A stretch of 64,000 bases of DNA from an uncultured Nitrospiraceae bacterium (GCA_963846575.1 CAWJWJ010000002.1:2496001-2560000), one strand, 5' to 3'. Positions 48,255-58,616 are shown, numbered from the stretch's first letter. Numbers and translations are program-made. Notes: generated by a model from the letters alone, not told the origin.

Positions 48255-49244
48255 TCAGGCCACGGGCACCCGGTTAGGTAACTGCTCCACGAACGTGTGA
48301 ATGAGGTCGCCGAGGCGTCCGGCAATGTCCTCAGAATTCTCTAGGGTATCCAACGACCACCACTGCAGGCCCGGCTCCTTCCGAAACCACGTTAGCTGAC
48401 GTTTCGCAAAATGGCGCGTGTCGCGTTTCAACAGGCGACGCGCTTCGGCTTCGTCGTATTCGCCTGCCAGACATCCTGCGATCTGGCGGTATCCCAGCCC
48501 CTTCATGGCCCCCAGATCCCGTCCGTACCCCTTCGCCAACAGCTGAGCAGTTTCCTCCACTACGCCACGCGCAAACATCGCATCGACACGCTGGTCGATT
48601 CTTCGGTACAGGCGCTCGCGATCCCGAATCAATCCGATCATCAACAACGTGAACGATTGTTCTGAAAACCGATGCTGTCGGTGGATTTCCGACAGACGCC
48701 GCCCGGATACGCGATGGACCTCCAGCGCCCGCACGATCTTGACTTCATCGTGCGGATGGAGACGCTCGGCAAGGTCGGGATCAACACGCCTTAGTTCGCC
48801 GTGTAGAAACTGTCGTCCCTCCGTCCGGGCCTGCTGCACCAATGAGTCACGATAGTGTTGATCCGCAGGCGGGGCATCACACAACCCGTGAATGAGTGTT
48901 CGAACATACAACCCGGTGCCACCCACGACCAACGGCAGTCGTCGTTCACCATAGAGTCGTTCGATGTCCTGCAGGGCGAGCTGCCGATAGTCCCCGGCAT
49001 TGAACGACTCATCAGGATCGACCAGATCGATGAGCCGGTGAGGCACCCGCGCGCGCTGTTCGAGCGTGGGTTTGTCGGTGGCCACGTCCATCCCGCGGTA
49101 GACTTGGCGGGAGTCGGCCGTTAAGACCTCCGTGTCGAGGGCCGCCGCCAGCCGAATTCCAATCTCGCTCTTCCCGACGGCCGTCGGGCCGACCAACACC
49201 ACCAACGGCCGCGAAGCCAAGACCGATTCTGACAGCCGCACCAT
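48255..49244 (-). CDS. miaA: tRNA dimethylallyltransferase
   Basis: GPTAVGKS, DSRQVYRGMD, VGGTGLY, FAKRQLTWFR. Confidence 0.97.
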   Translation of the reverse strand: MVRLSESVLASRPLVVLVGPTAVGKSEIGIRLAAALDTEVLTADSRQVYRGMDVATDKPTLEQRARVPHRLIDLVDPDESFNAGDYRQLALQDIERLYGERRLPLVVGGTGLYVRTLIHGLCDAPPADQHYRDSLVQQARTEGRQFLHGELRRVDPDLAERLHPHDEVKIVRALEVHRVSGRRLSEIHRQHRFSEQSFTLLMIGLIRDRERLYRRIDQRVDAMFARGVVEETAQLLAKGYGRDLGAMKGLGYRQIAGCLAGEYDEAEARRLLKRDTRHFAKRQLTWFRKEPGLQWWSLDTLENSEDIAGRLGDLIHTFVEQLPNRVPVA

Positions 49245-49263
49245 GCGATTTCACTCCCTCTCC

Positions 49264-51063
49264 CTAGGCACGATCAAACATGCGGGCCAAATCGTCTGCC
49301 GAGAGACGAAACGCCACACGACGGCCATGCGGACAGGTCATGATGAGGCCCTCCGTCACCCAGTCCTGGACCAATTGCTTGATCTCAGGAAGCGCCATCG
49401 CCCGGCCGGCCCGCACGGCCCCGTGGCAAGCCAGCGAGGCCAGGATCGGTTTTACTTTCAATTCAAGTGAAGAGATGGAGTCCCACTGCTCGAGATCATC
49501 GACCAGATCTTGCACGAGCGCAACCAGATCGGCATGCCCGAGCATGACGGGAAGGCTGCGGATGAGAAACGAGGACGGCCCGAACGGCTCGATCAGTAAA
49601 CCCAGTTGTTCCAATTCTTTCAGGTGACGATGGAGAATGAGCGCTTGCTGAACAGGAAGTTCCAACGACTCCGGCAGCAGCAGCGGCTGCGAAGGAAGAC
49701 TCCTGCCCTGCCACCCCCGCCACAAACGTTCAAACAACACCCGCTCATGCGCCGTATGCTGATCGATGACTTGCAACTCGGTCCCGACCTGGACCACTAG
49801 AAATGTGCGGCTCAGCTGCCCCAAGGGAAGAATGTCCGGCCCCGGGGGAACATCGTAGGATCTCGTCGCCTCCCCGACAAAGGATACTTGACCATCGGCC
49901 GGTGCGGTCGCGCTCAGAAAATGAGGTGAGCGGACGATCAGAGGGGGGCGGTTGTTCGCTCCGTCACCATCGAGGTCCTCGCGATGCAGGGGCACGGCCG
50001 AAGAGGTCAGGGCTATCACCGGCGCATGGACTGAACCTGCCACGGAGGCTTCAACCTGTGCGCGCCCGAGGCTGTGACGTACTACCGAGCGCACCAGCTG
50101 ATGCACATGCTCCGTATCAGCAAACCGTACTTCGCGTTTAGTCGGATGCACGTTGACGTCAACTCGATGCGGCTCGACATCGAGGAACAAGACATACAGC
50201 GGACTATGCCCCTTGGCGAGGAATGAACTGTACCCGTCAATCACGGCGTGCTGCACGGTACTGTTTCGAATCGGCCGACGATTGACAAACAATTCCTGTG
50301 GCGTCCGTCCGGCACGAGCCCTCACTGGATCGATGATGAAGCCCTTGACGGACAGTCCATCACGGTCGGTCTCGACAGCCAAGGCCCGGTCGCTGAATAC
50401 GGCACGGTAAACCTGCAGGACACGATCACGATGCGAGGCCACTCCGGGGAAGTTAAACACCTCATACCCATTGTGGATCAGACGAACGTGCACATGCGGC
50501 CAAGCTAAGCCTGCTTGCTGCAAGACATGGCTGATATGGGAAAACTCAGTCGTTGTGGACTTGAGAAACTTCTTGCGGGCCGGGGTGTTGTAGAAAAGTT
50601 CCGAGACTTCGATGGAGGTGCCGGGAATGGCTGCCGCATCTTCCACCCGGTTGATGGCCCCCGACGTGAGCCAGATCTGCGACCCGATGTCGGCCTGCCG
50701 AGCCACCGTCGTCAGCCGGACCTTGGAAACGGCCGCAATGCTAGGGAGCGCTTCACCGCGAAATCCCATCGTGCGAATGGCACTGAGCTGCTGGTCCGAT
50801 TGGAGTTTGCTGGTCGCATGACGCTCGAAGGCCAAACAGGCGTCGGCGCGCGACATCCCTTCGCCATCATCCGTGACGCGAATCAATCCCAGGCCGCCGT
50901 CCTTGATCTCGACGGTGATGGAAGTACTGCCGGCGTCCAGGCTGTTCTCGACCAGTTCCTTCACGACTGCAGCGGGTCGTTCTACGACTTCTCCAGCCGC
51001 AATTCGTCCGATGACATCGTTCGGAAGAACGTGGATCTTTCCCAAACTACTGGCTATGTCCAT
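49264..51063 (-). CDS. mutL: DNA mismatch repair endonuclease MutL
   Basis: IAAGEVVERP, GFRGEAL, DVNVHPTKREV, DQHTAHER, ACH, CPHGR. Confidence 0.97.
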   Translation of the reverse strand: MDIASSLGKIHVLPNDVIGRIAAGEVVERPAAVVKELVENSLDAGSTSITVEIKDGGLGLIRVTDDGEGMSRADACLAFERHATSKLQSDQQLSAIRTMGFRGEALPSIAAVSKVRLTTVARQADIGSQIWLTSGAINRVEDAAAIPGTSIEVSELFYNTPARKKFLKSTTTEFSHISHVLQQAGLAWPHVHVRLIHNGYEVFNFPGVASHRDRVLQVYRAVFSDRALAVETDRDGLSVKGFIIDPVRARAGRTPQELFVNRRPIRNSTVQHAVIDGYSSFLAKGHSPLYVLFLDVEPHRVDVNVHPTKREVRFADTEHVHQLVRSVVRHSLGRAQVEASVAGSVHAPVIALTSSAVPLHREDLDGDGANNRPPLIVRSPHFLSATAPADGQVSFVGEATRSYDVPPGPDILPLGQLSRTFLVVQVGTELQVIDQHTAHERVLFERLWRGWQGRSLPSQPLLLPESLELPVQQALILHRHLKELEQLGLLIEPFGPSSFLIRSLPVMLGHADLVALVQDLVDDLEQWDSISSLELKVKPILASLACHGAVRAGRAMALPEIKQLVQDWVTEGLIMTCPHGRRVAFRLSADDLARMFDRA

Positions 51064-51135
51064 GGGAAGAAGCGCCCCCTGCGGTATCAAACGAGGACGA
51101 ATCGGAGGAGAGGAGACGAAGCGGCGGCTCTGCGG

Positions 51136-51915
51136 TCATCGAATTTCGGCCATCTTTGCTTTGGCGAGCTTCGCTTCATCCGACGTAGAGTATTCCTCGA
51201 TGACCCGCTTGAGATATTTTCTCGACTTGGCTGTATCTCCGGTCTCGGCCGCCGAGAGGCCGAGTTTGAAGAGTGCGGCGGGTACTTTCTCATTTCCCGC
51301 ATACTCATTGACCACATGCTCAAACGCCTGCATCGCTCGAATGTAATCTTTCTGGCCGTAATAGGACTCTCCCAGCCAGTAATGGGCGTTGGGCGTGAGG
51401 GAGGTGGACGGAAAATCCTTGATGAAATGCTGGAAGCCGCTCACCGCTAGATCGAACTTGCCGTTGAGATAATCATTGTAGGCCAAGTTGAACGCTGAGG
51501 TCGGAGTAATCGAGGGAACACCCGGAACGATCGACGGCGCATCGAGAGGCCCGGACGGCTTGGACACGCGCGCTTGACGAGTCGCTTCCGCCGGGGCGAC
51601 ATCCGCCCGCGTGGAAGATGCCTGCGCGAGTTGCGCCTCCTCGAGTCTTGCGAGACGCGCTTCCAGTTTTTGAAGCCGCCCCTGGCCATCATCAAGCCTC
51701 AGCTTTCCCCCCTCCGGCTCACGCACCCGTTCGAGAGATTCCAGGCGGCGCTGCATGGCCTCAAAGCGTTTCTGCTCCTGATCCTGAGTCTTCGCGATGA
51801 TGGAAATTTGGTCCCGAATCTCCAAAAAGTCGGCGTGCTTCGCGCAACCTGACACGAGAAGCCCGCAAGCTATCCCTGCGGCCACCTGCAATGACACCAT
51901 GCATCGGAGGTTCAT
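51136..51915 (-). CDS. cpoB: Tol-Pal system protein CpoB/YbgF
   Basis: Lipobox VSG-C; coiled coil; TPR with NAHYWLGESYY and KVPAALFKLG. Confidence 0.88.
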   Translation of the reverse strand: MNLRCMVSLQVAAGIACGLLVSGCAKHADFLEIRDQISIIAKTQDQEQKRFEAMQRRLESLERVREPEGGKLRLDDGQGRLQKLEARLARLEEAQLAQASSTRADVAPAEATRQARVSKPSGPLDAPSIVPGVPSITPTSAFNLAYNDYLNGKFDLAVSGFQHFIKDFPSTSLTPNAHYWLGESYYGQKDYIRAMQAFEHVVNEYAGNEKVPAALFKLGLSAAETGDTAKSRKYLKRVIEEYSTSDEAKLAKAKMAEIR

Positions 51916-53612
51916 CGTTCGTGCAACTCCTTTAATTGATTCAGCTTGTCGATCGCCTTATTGGCTTCCGGCGACCTCGGATAAAGATCGACGACCTGCT
52001 TCAAGGCCGAGGCGGCACGTTTCCGATCCTTCAATGCCAGATACGCATAGCCTTTTTTCAGCAGCGCGGCCGGCACTTTTTCACTCGCCGGATGATTCAG
52101 TTGCACTTGATCGTAGGCATCAATCGCCCGTGAATAATCCTTCTTGCCGTAATACGACTCACCCAGCCAAAATCTGGCGTTCGGGGCGAGGTCTGACTGG
52201 GGATGGTGCACGAGAAATTCTGCAAACCCCTGGCGTGCTCCGTCTAAATCGCCCTCTTTAAAACGAGCCAACGTTCGCTCATAGGATTCTCGATCCTGCA
52301 CGAGCCCGGCAGTGCGGTTCTCCTGGCGTGAGCTCCCTGCCGATTGGGCGCTAGACGGGGCCGATGTCGAAGCAGCTTCCTGTTTCGGCATAGTCTGCGC
52401 CTGAGCAAGCGGCGAGACCTCGGAAACCGCAGAAGCCTGCTCGGACCGCTGCGAGGCGTTGGCCCTGAGCATCGCGAGATGCTGTTCGACCTGCTTCAGG
52501 AAAGCGTGCTGATTTTCCAGGTTCTTGTCGAGAGTTTGAATTTGGGCCTGAACATGGGCCAACTCGCGCGCAGTCTCATCAAGTCGACGTTCCTGCTCCT
52601 CTCCGCGAGACACGAACTTTCCGCCGGCATTTTCCAGCGCCTTCGCCACCGACGCCACGCTCCGGTTCACTTCGTTCAGATGGTCCGCCGTGACCTTATT
52701 ATCAGCATCGATCTTTCCGGCCAGGGCATCCGTACGCCGACCCAGGGCCGTCGTGTCTTGATCCACGGAGGCCGCCAGTTGTTTGAGCGTTTGATCCTGC
52801 TGAACAACCCGTTCACCCAGACCGTTCAGGGCTTGTCGGAAATCAACCAATGCCTGATTGAGCTTTGTTACCTGGTCCGCGAGCGACTTGTTTTGAGCAT
52901 CGAGTTGGGCCACATTGTGCGACCTGGTCTCCAGCATATGGGCGAGTTTCTGCTGCTCATCCAATCGTTTTTGCTGGTCATCCAGCCTCGAGTCCACCTT
53001 TTGGGCAAGTGCCGTCGACGTCTTTTGGACGGCATCCAGCAAGTTCTTCTGTATGGCATCAATATGGGCTGTCACCTGATCCATGCGGGACGCCATGCTC
53101 GCCTGATCGGACTTGTTCCGGTCTCGTTCTCCCTTGAGCATGGCATCCTGGTCGACCAACTGCTTTTCGACCCAGCCCAATCGTTTGCTCTCTTCGAGCA
53201 AGCGTTTCTCGCTTTCGCCTAACCGCTGATTAAGTTTCGAGTCCTGGGAAGCCAGTTTCGCCATGAGGTCGTCCTGCTTCGCCTCGAGGCTCTGACTCCG
53301 ATGGATGGCTCTATCGACCTCTCCCCGCAAGGAGGGAATATCCTGTTCCCGAAGGGACACGATTTCCTGATTTTGACGAGCCCTGTTCTGGGCCTGCTCC
53401 TCTGTCGTTTGTTTAATGCGACGTTGGAGTTCACGTTCCGTCTGCTTGAGATCAGCCTGTTGAGCCACACAGCCCGAGAGCAGCGCAAGCCCCGCCCCGA
53501 CGAGCACCAGCACGACAGACCCGCACAGCGGCTCCGATCCGCGTGAGGCAGCCCGGCGCCCAATCGATCGTTGGTCCACCATCTCAGTTCGATGCATCCA
53601 TCCACCGTCCAT
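51912..53612 (-). CDS. CpoB/YbgF paralog with very long coiled coil
   Basis: Lipobox LLSG-C; over 300 aa of heptad-like sequence; TPR NARFWLGESYY and KVPAALLKKG. Confidence 0.8.
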   Translation of the reverse strand: MDGGWMHRTEMVDQRSIGRRAASRGSEPLCGSVVLVLVGAGLALLSGCVAQQADLKQTERELQRRIKQTTEEQAQNRARQNQEIVSLREQDIPSLRGEVDRAIHRSQSLEAKQDDLMAKLASQDSKLNQRLGESEKRLLEESKRLGWVEKQLVDQDAMLKGERDRNKSDQASMASRMDQVTAHIDAIQKNLLDAVQKTSTALAQKVDSRLDDQQKRLDEQQKLAHMLETRSHNVAQLDAQNKSLADQVTKLNQALVDFRQALNGLGERVVQQDQTLKQLAASVDQDTTALGRRTDALAGKIDADNKVTADHLNEVNRSVASVAKALENAGGKFVSRGEEQERRLDETARELAHVQAQIQTLDKNLENQHAFLKQVEQHLAMLRANASQRSEQASAVSEVSPLAQAQTMPKQEAASTSAPSSAQSAGSSRQENRTAGLVQDRESYERTLARFKEGDLDGARQGFAEFLVHHPQSDLAPNARFWLGESYYGKKDYSRAIDAYDQVQLNHPASEKVPAALLKKGYAYLALKDRKRAASALKQVVDLYPRSPEANKAIDKLNQLKELHER

Positions 53613-53677
53613 GACAAGTCTCCCTTGACCTGCGCCCGTTCCGGAGAATCATGTCACATCGTCCATGATCCGAACAG

Positions 53678-54469
53678 TTATTTCGATCGCACGACCACGT
53701 GGCCACGCCGATTCTGCTGGTAGCAGCTCTCCGTACGGTCATTGCAGAACGGTCGCTCCTTGCCGTACGACACCACGGACAGCCGGTTGGCGCCGACGCC
53801 GAGTTCGACCAGATAATTCCGCACGGCCTTCGCACGCTTCTCACCCAACACCAGGTTGTAGGCCAACGTGCCACGCTCGTCGCAATGACCTTCGATTTTG
53901 ACCAACGCTCCGGTATTTCCCTTGATCCACTGAGCATCCTGCGTCAACGATTGCCGGCCCTCTTCAGTGATGGTCCAGCTGTCATAGCCAAAAAATACAT
54001 CGCGCAACCCGGCTTCCGCCGAAGCCGCCTGCTCCTTAGCCTGCTCACGACGGATATCCTCAATCTGGCGCGCCGTGCTTTCCGATGGCTCCACCTTGGC
54101 CAGCATCGTGCCTCCGCCGCCAAGCCGTTCCTCGGATGGAGCCTTACCCCCGGATACCGAATCAAATCCGCGCAAGCCACCACTTTCGGGTTCATCTTGA
54201 GGCTTGCTCGAGAGTGACAAATCGGGGAAGGTCGCGCTGGGTGCGTCAAAGGCATTACCCGACCCCATTGAATCCGTCGAACCCATCGACCCTGTGGAGC
54301 CCATAGAACCCATCGCACTTGGCGCCGGACCTCCCGACTTCGCCATGCCGCGATCCGATGACTGGGCGTCCCCGCCTGATTGAATCGACTTTTTCGAACA
54401 CCCTCCCTGCATGACCAACAGCATCCCAAGGACTACTGTCAGACCAGTTGTCGCTACCCGTATCGTCAT
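53678..54469 (-). CDS. pal: Peptidoglycan-associated lipoprotein Pal
   Basis: Lipoprotein Cys (GGC); VFFGYD, IEGHCDERGT..YNLVLGEKRA, SYGKERP, NRR; GAGGAG RBS. Confidence 0.93.
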   Translation of the reverse strand: MTIRVATTGLTVVLGMLLVMQGGCSKKSIQSGGDAQSSDRGMAKSGGPAPSAMGSMGSTGSMGSTDSMGSGNAFDAPSATFPDLSLSSKPQDEPESGGLRGFDSVSGGKAPSEERLGGGGTMLAKVEPSESTARQIEDIRREQAKEQAASAEAGLRDVFFGYDSWTITEEGRQSLTQDAQWIKGNTGALVKIEGHCDERGTLAYNLVLGEKRAKAVRNYLVELGVGANRLSVVSYGKERPFCNDRTESCYQQNRRGHVVVRSK

Positions 54470-54538
54470 ATCGTTACTCCTCATGGCTAGTGAATGGTTA
54501 ATATATCGTAGACCCAGTCGATAGTGTGATAGCCGCTC

Positions 54539-55870
54539 CTATAGCGCCGGTGACCAAGCCGGCGAACTGTTATGGGTGCCGCCAAAGGTGATGCGTTCTA
54601 AATTTTTCCCGTCCGTATCCACCATATAGATGTGGCTTTTTCCATCGACCGTCGAGCTAAACGTGAGGTGTCGACCATCAGGGGACCAGGAAGGAGAGTC
54701 ATCAATCCCTGACCCAGTCGTGACCTGAACCCGTTTCTGCCCATCCGGGGACACTATACAGAGTTTGTACAGCCGCTGAGAGGTTCGACAGACGTAGGCA
54801 ATCCAATTTCCGCGCGGTGACCAGGCTGGAGCCGCATTGTAGTCGCCCTCATAGGTCAATCGACGGACGTTTGATCCATCCGCACTCATGATGAATAACT
54901 GCGGAGCCCCGCCGCGGTCGGAGGTGAAGGCGATTTCCCGACCGGTGGGTGACCATGTCGGCGACAAATCGCCCCCCTGATTGACCGTCAGTCGATGAGA
55001 GGCTTTGGTCCGGGTATCCAGTTTGTAGATCTCCGAGTTGCCGTCCTGACTGCTGGCGAACGCCAGGAAATTGCCGTCGGGCGACAAAGCGGGTGTAATG
55101 TTCAGGCCCGACATTGAGACCAACGTCCATCGCTTACCGGTCGCAAGCTCCAGAATGTCGATGTCCTGGGTATTCCGGCTTCGATAGGCCGTGAACACGA
55201 TGAACCGGCGATCGGGCGACCATCGAGGCATCAGATTGAGAAACCCGTCCGCGGTAATCTGTTTGGGCTCGTAGCCGTCGTAGTCCATCACATAGAGTTC
55301 GCGGGCATTGCCGTGTTCCGCGACATACACAATTTTTGTCCTGGCAATACCGGGTTCTCCCGTGTAGCGGAAAACCAGCTCGTCGGCGAAACGATGGGCC
55401 ATCAACCGCACCACGGAGGTCGATCCCACATACCGTTTTCCACCGACGACTTCATCGCTCCCGCTGTCATAAACAAAGCCGTCCATCGAAAGCTCCGATT
55501 CGGCGCTGCCGTTTCGTGGCCCGGACTTTCCCCACACCAGCACCGACACTCCGTTCTCGGCCGCCTGCTTGAAGACAGCCTTGTCGGTGGTGCTCACCTC
55601 GCGGACCTTGACGCCGATCCCCGGAAGGTCTACCAGCGAAAACACAAGCGAGCGCTGCAGATCGGCTTTGAGTACCTCTTCGATGCGCCCCCCCAACCAT
55701 TCCGGGCCTCCCCCGTTTTGGAAGCCGAACACACCGATGGGAATTTTCTGAAAGTCAGGCCGGGTGGCTTCGAGAAACACATCGGTGGCTCGAGAGTCGA
55801 GGATACCGAACAACCCGGCTCCCACCACGATACAGACTGCGCACATGAGCCCGATAACAATTCGATTCAT
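54539..55870 (-). CDS. tolB: Tol-Pal beta-propeller protein TolB
   Basis: AHRFADE..TGEPG; MDYDG; six WSPxG-type (PD40) repeats. Confidence 0.95.
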   Translation of the reverse strand: MNRIVIGLMCAVCIVVGAGLFGILDSRATDVFLEATRPDFQKIPIGVFGFQNGGGPEWLGGRIEEVLKADLQRSLVFSLVDLPGIGVKVREVSTTDKAVFKQAAENGVSVLVWGKSGPRNGSAESELSMDGFVYDSGSDEVVGGKRYVGSTSVVRLMAHRFADELVFRYTGEPGIARTKIVYVAEHGNARELYVMDYDGYEPKQITADGFLNLMPRWSPDRRFIVFTAYRSRNTQDIDILELATGKRWTLVSMSGLNITPALSPDGNFLAFASSQDGNSEIYKLDTRTKASHRLTVNQGGDLSPTWSPTGREIAFTSDRGGAPQLFIMSADGSNVRRLTYEGDYNAAPAWSPRGNWIAYVCRTSQRLYKLCIVSPDGQKRVQVTTGSGIDDSPSWSPDGRHLTFSSTVDGKSHIYMVDTDGKNLERITFGGTHNSSPAWSPAL

Positions 55871-57117
55871 CCTGCTGCCTCGCCTACGGAAAAGGTAAAG
55901 TGTGCATCGAAATAGGAGTCGGTCAGATCGGAAGGAAAGGGCGGCAGGGGCACTGCGCTTTGGACGGCTCGTTGCGCCGCCAGGTCATAATAGTCATTCC
56001 CCGAGGACTGCTCGATCGCCACGCTGCTCACGCGCCCGTCACGCTCCAAGCGAAATCTCACCATCACCGTCAAGGCTTTCCCTGACAAATCAACTGGGGG
56101 CGCGGTCCAGAATCCGCTGATTCTCGCTTGCACGCGGGCCAGATACTGGTTCGACCCGGCCAGCCCCGCAAGGCGTAATCGGGTGTCCGGTTTACTGCGA
56201 GGAATGCTTGCGGTCACCGGAGGGGCAGAGGCAGCGGGCTGAGGTTCGCGGAACATCGGCTTGACCTCTCGCACCGGTTCGGAAAACTTTACCGGCGGCA
56301 ACGTCTGAACCTTTTTCAGATCTTGCAACTCCTGGTCGAGGTCGCGACTCAACTCCTCAGACAACGACGCACGTTTGGGCGGCGCTACAGCCGGTTTCTG
56401 GTTTTCCGGCTGTGCCTCGGCAGGGACCGGCGCGGCGGCGGCCATTTCAGGCACTTTTAACCGCTTCAGCATGGCATCCAGGTCAGATCGTTCAGGACTC
56501 CGCTCCGGCTTCGCCTGCGCGGCTCGTTTCATGCCGGCTGGCTTCACAGGGGCGAGATCGCCGTACTGCGGTGCATTGGGCGGCAACTCGATATCCTTCA
56601 TCACATCCCGCAGCACATCATTCCGGTTCGGAACCGGCGCAGAAGAAGGCGACTTCGCCGCCTGAGGGATGGGCTGTGGGGCAGCGAGAGTCGGAGCCGG
56701 CAATCTGGGTGCCGGCACGGGAGCGGGAGCCGGCGCGGGAGCGGGGGTCATCGGCTTGGCAACCGGAGTGGTCTGCACTGGCGGTAGAGGGGTATGCGCC
56801 TGTACGGGCTTCGGCGGAACGGGGATCGGAACGGTCTGGACGGGCTTCGGCGCCGGTCGAGGAACCACTTTTTCAGCCTTCTCTACTTTCGGCTCCGGCT
56901 TACTCTCTGCGGCCGGGAGACTCACCAGCGACACTTCCACCGCAGACATCGGACGTTCCGTTTTCTTGAATAACTTGGCGCCCATAATCAGGGACAAGAG
57001 ACAGACATGCAGCAGCAGAGATACCACGACCGTCTTACGAAAACGGCCGCTCCCGGTTTCAACCAGATCCCCGATCAGAAACGGCGCAGTATGTCTTGGC
57101 AGGGCTTGGAACGTCAT
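55867..57117 (-). CDS. tolA: TolA/TonB-family energy transducer
   Basis: N-terminal TM with SxxxH (SLLLH); Pro-rich linker; TonB_C-like SSGNDYYDLAAQRAV; tol operon position. Confidence 0.8.
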   Translation of the reverse strand: MTFQALPRHTAPFLIGDLVETGSGRFRKTVVVSLLLHVCLLSLIMGAKLFKKTERPMSAVEVSLVSLPAAESKPEPKVEKAEKVVPRPAPKPVQTVPIPVPPKPVQAHTPLPPVQTTPVAKPMTPAPAPAPAPVPAPRLPAPTLAAPQPIPQAAKSPSSAPVPNRNDVLRDVMKDIELPPNAPQYGDLAPVKPAGMKRAAQAKPERSPERSDLDAMLKRLKVPEMAAAAPVPAEAQPENQKPAVAPPKRASLSEELSRDLDQELQDLKKVQTLPPVKFSEPVREVKPMFREPQPAASAPPVTASIPRSKPDTRLRLAGLAGSNQYLARVQARISGFWTAPPVDLSGKALTVMVRFRLERDGRVSSVAIEQSSGNDYYDLAAQRAVQSAVPLPPFPSDLTDSYFDAHFTFSVGEAAG

Positions 57118-57158
57118 GACTTGCGATCAGACCGTGCGGCGTGCGAGTCGCTGTGCCG

Positions 57159-57611
57159 CTACTTTTTGCGTGGTTGCGCGGGAGGCGTGACCGACTCACT
57201 CACGCGCTCGGCACTTGTGGGCTCCGTCACCATGCCCAGCTTTTCGATCCCAGCTTTTTTCACACTGTCCATAACCTGCACAACAATGCCGTACGGCACA
57301 TCCCGGTCCGCACGCAGGTAGAGCGAGACCTCGGGGCTCTGATCTTTCAGTACTCGAAGTTTCCGTTCGAGCTGAACCACACTGACTTGATCCTTATCCA
57401 AATACAATCGCTGATCGCGCTCAATGGACAAAACTGCTCTCGCTTCCGGCTTAATCGTATTGCTGGCAGACTTCGGGAGGTTGATATCCATCCCTCGATA
57501 CAACATCGGCGCGGTCACCATGAAAATCACGAGGAGCACCAGGACGACGTCCACCAACGGGATCACATTGATCTCCGCCATGAACCGACGGTGGCGCGTT
57601 TCCGACATCAT
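57159..57611 (-). CDS. tolR: TolR/ExbD
   Basis: EINVIPLVDVVLVLLVIFMVTAPM; LRADRDVPYG. Confidence 0.9.
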   Translation of the reverse strand: MMSETRHRRFMAEINVIPLVDVVLVLLVIFMVTAPMLYRGMDINLPKSASNTIKPEARAVLSIERDQRLYLDKDQVSVVQLERKLRVLKDQSPEVSLYLRADRDVPYGIVVQVMDSVKKAGIEKLGMVTEPTSAERVSESVTPPAQPRKK

Positions 57612-58330
57612 CCCTGCACCCCGACCGCAGTCTGCTTAAGGCGAGTCTGCAACGAACGCATTGCCTCGACCGTAAAGGATTCGATTCGAAACACCGTTTT
57701 ACGGATACGCGTCAGATAATAGTTGTAAAAGATCACCGCGGGTATGGCGGTAAACAATCCGGCGGCCGTGGCCACGAGCGCCTCAGACACGCCCGGCGCG
57801 ACCGCCGCGATGCTGGCCGTTCCCTGCAAGCCGATCTCGCGGAACGAATCAATGATGCCCAGCACAGTGCCCAACAAACCGATAAAGGGGGTGATATTGC
57901 CGGTGGTCGCGAGAACAGGCAGGTAGGACTCCAACTGTGACACCTGGTTCTGCACCAGGTAGGCGACGGTCTTGTCCATGTATTGGTGGTCAATGGCGGG
58001 CGCAGGCTCCCTCGATACACCAGCCGGCTGATGCAGGCTCATCGCGCCATCGCCGGAGAGCGTCATGACACGGTCCATAATGCCTTGAAAGACGCGTGCG
58101 CTCGGGCTACCGTCGGCTCGTTTGGATTGACGGTATAATTCGTCGAGATCACGAATCTTCGTGAAGGCATTGAAGAACCGTTGGTCCTCGCGATCAGCCG
58201 CCTTGAAACTCCGCCATTTGTAAAAAATCACTCCCCACGAAACTACGGAAGCTAGAAGCAGCAGCAAGAGAACAATTTTCGAGACCGCACCCAGCGATCC
58301 CACCAACCCCGTCACGCCTGATTGGAACAT
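57608..58330 (-). CDS. tolQ: TolQ/ExbB proton channel
   Basis: PFIGLLGTVLGI; VAPGVSEALVATAAGL..AIPA. Confidence 0.9.
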   Translation of the reverse strand: MFQSGVTGLVGSLGAVSKIVLLLLLLASVVSWGVIFYKWRSFKAADREDQRFFNAFTKIRDLDELYRQSKRADGSPSARVFQGIMDRVMTLSGDGAMSLHQPAGVSREPAPAIDHQYMDKTVAYLVQNQVSQLESYLPVLATTGNITPFIGLLGTVLGIIDSFREIGLQGTASIAAVAPGVSEALVATAAGLFTAIPAVIFYNYYLTRIRKTVFRIESFTVEAMRSLQTRLKQTAVGVQG

Positions 58331-58403
58331 GAGCCTAGACCTTTCCCTTCACATGGCGTCGACTGAAAACGATAGCATGGAATGTACCAAAAGACTGGGG
58401 GAA

Positions 58404-58482
58404 TGGCGGGGCCGACGGGATTTGAACCCGCGACCTCCAGATTGACAATCTGGCGTCCTAAACCAGGCTGAACGACGGCCCC
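58404..58482 (-). tRNA. tRNA-Asp(GTC)
   Basis: GGGGCCG...CCAGA-TTGTCAA-TCTGG...GGTTCAAATCC...CGGCCCC-G-CCA cloverleaf, 79 nt, G73. Confidence 0.95.
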
Positions 58483-58616
58483 ACGCAATCCAAGATGGCG
58501 GAAGAAGATTCCGAGTCTCAAGAATCTAACTGGCTAAATACGGTAGAGTGCTCACTTGTACATCACTACTAATGGATAAGGCAATGCCCCGCACTGCAAT
58601 TTCCTGTATTTCTTAC

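Noticed and set aside
49300..49345. MutL CPHGRR instead of CPHGRP as loss of endonuclease activity
   Set aside because: All metal ligands (DQHxxxE, ACH, CPH) are intact; treated as a minor variant
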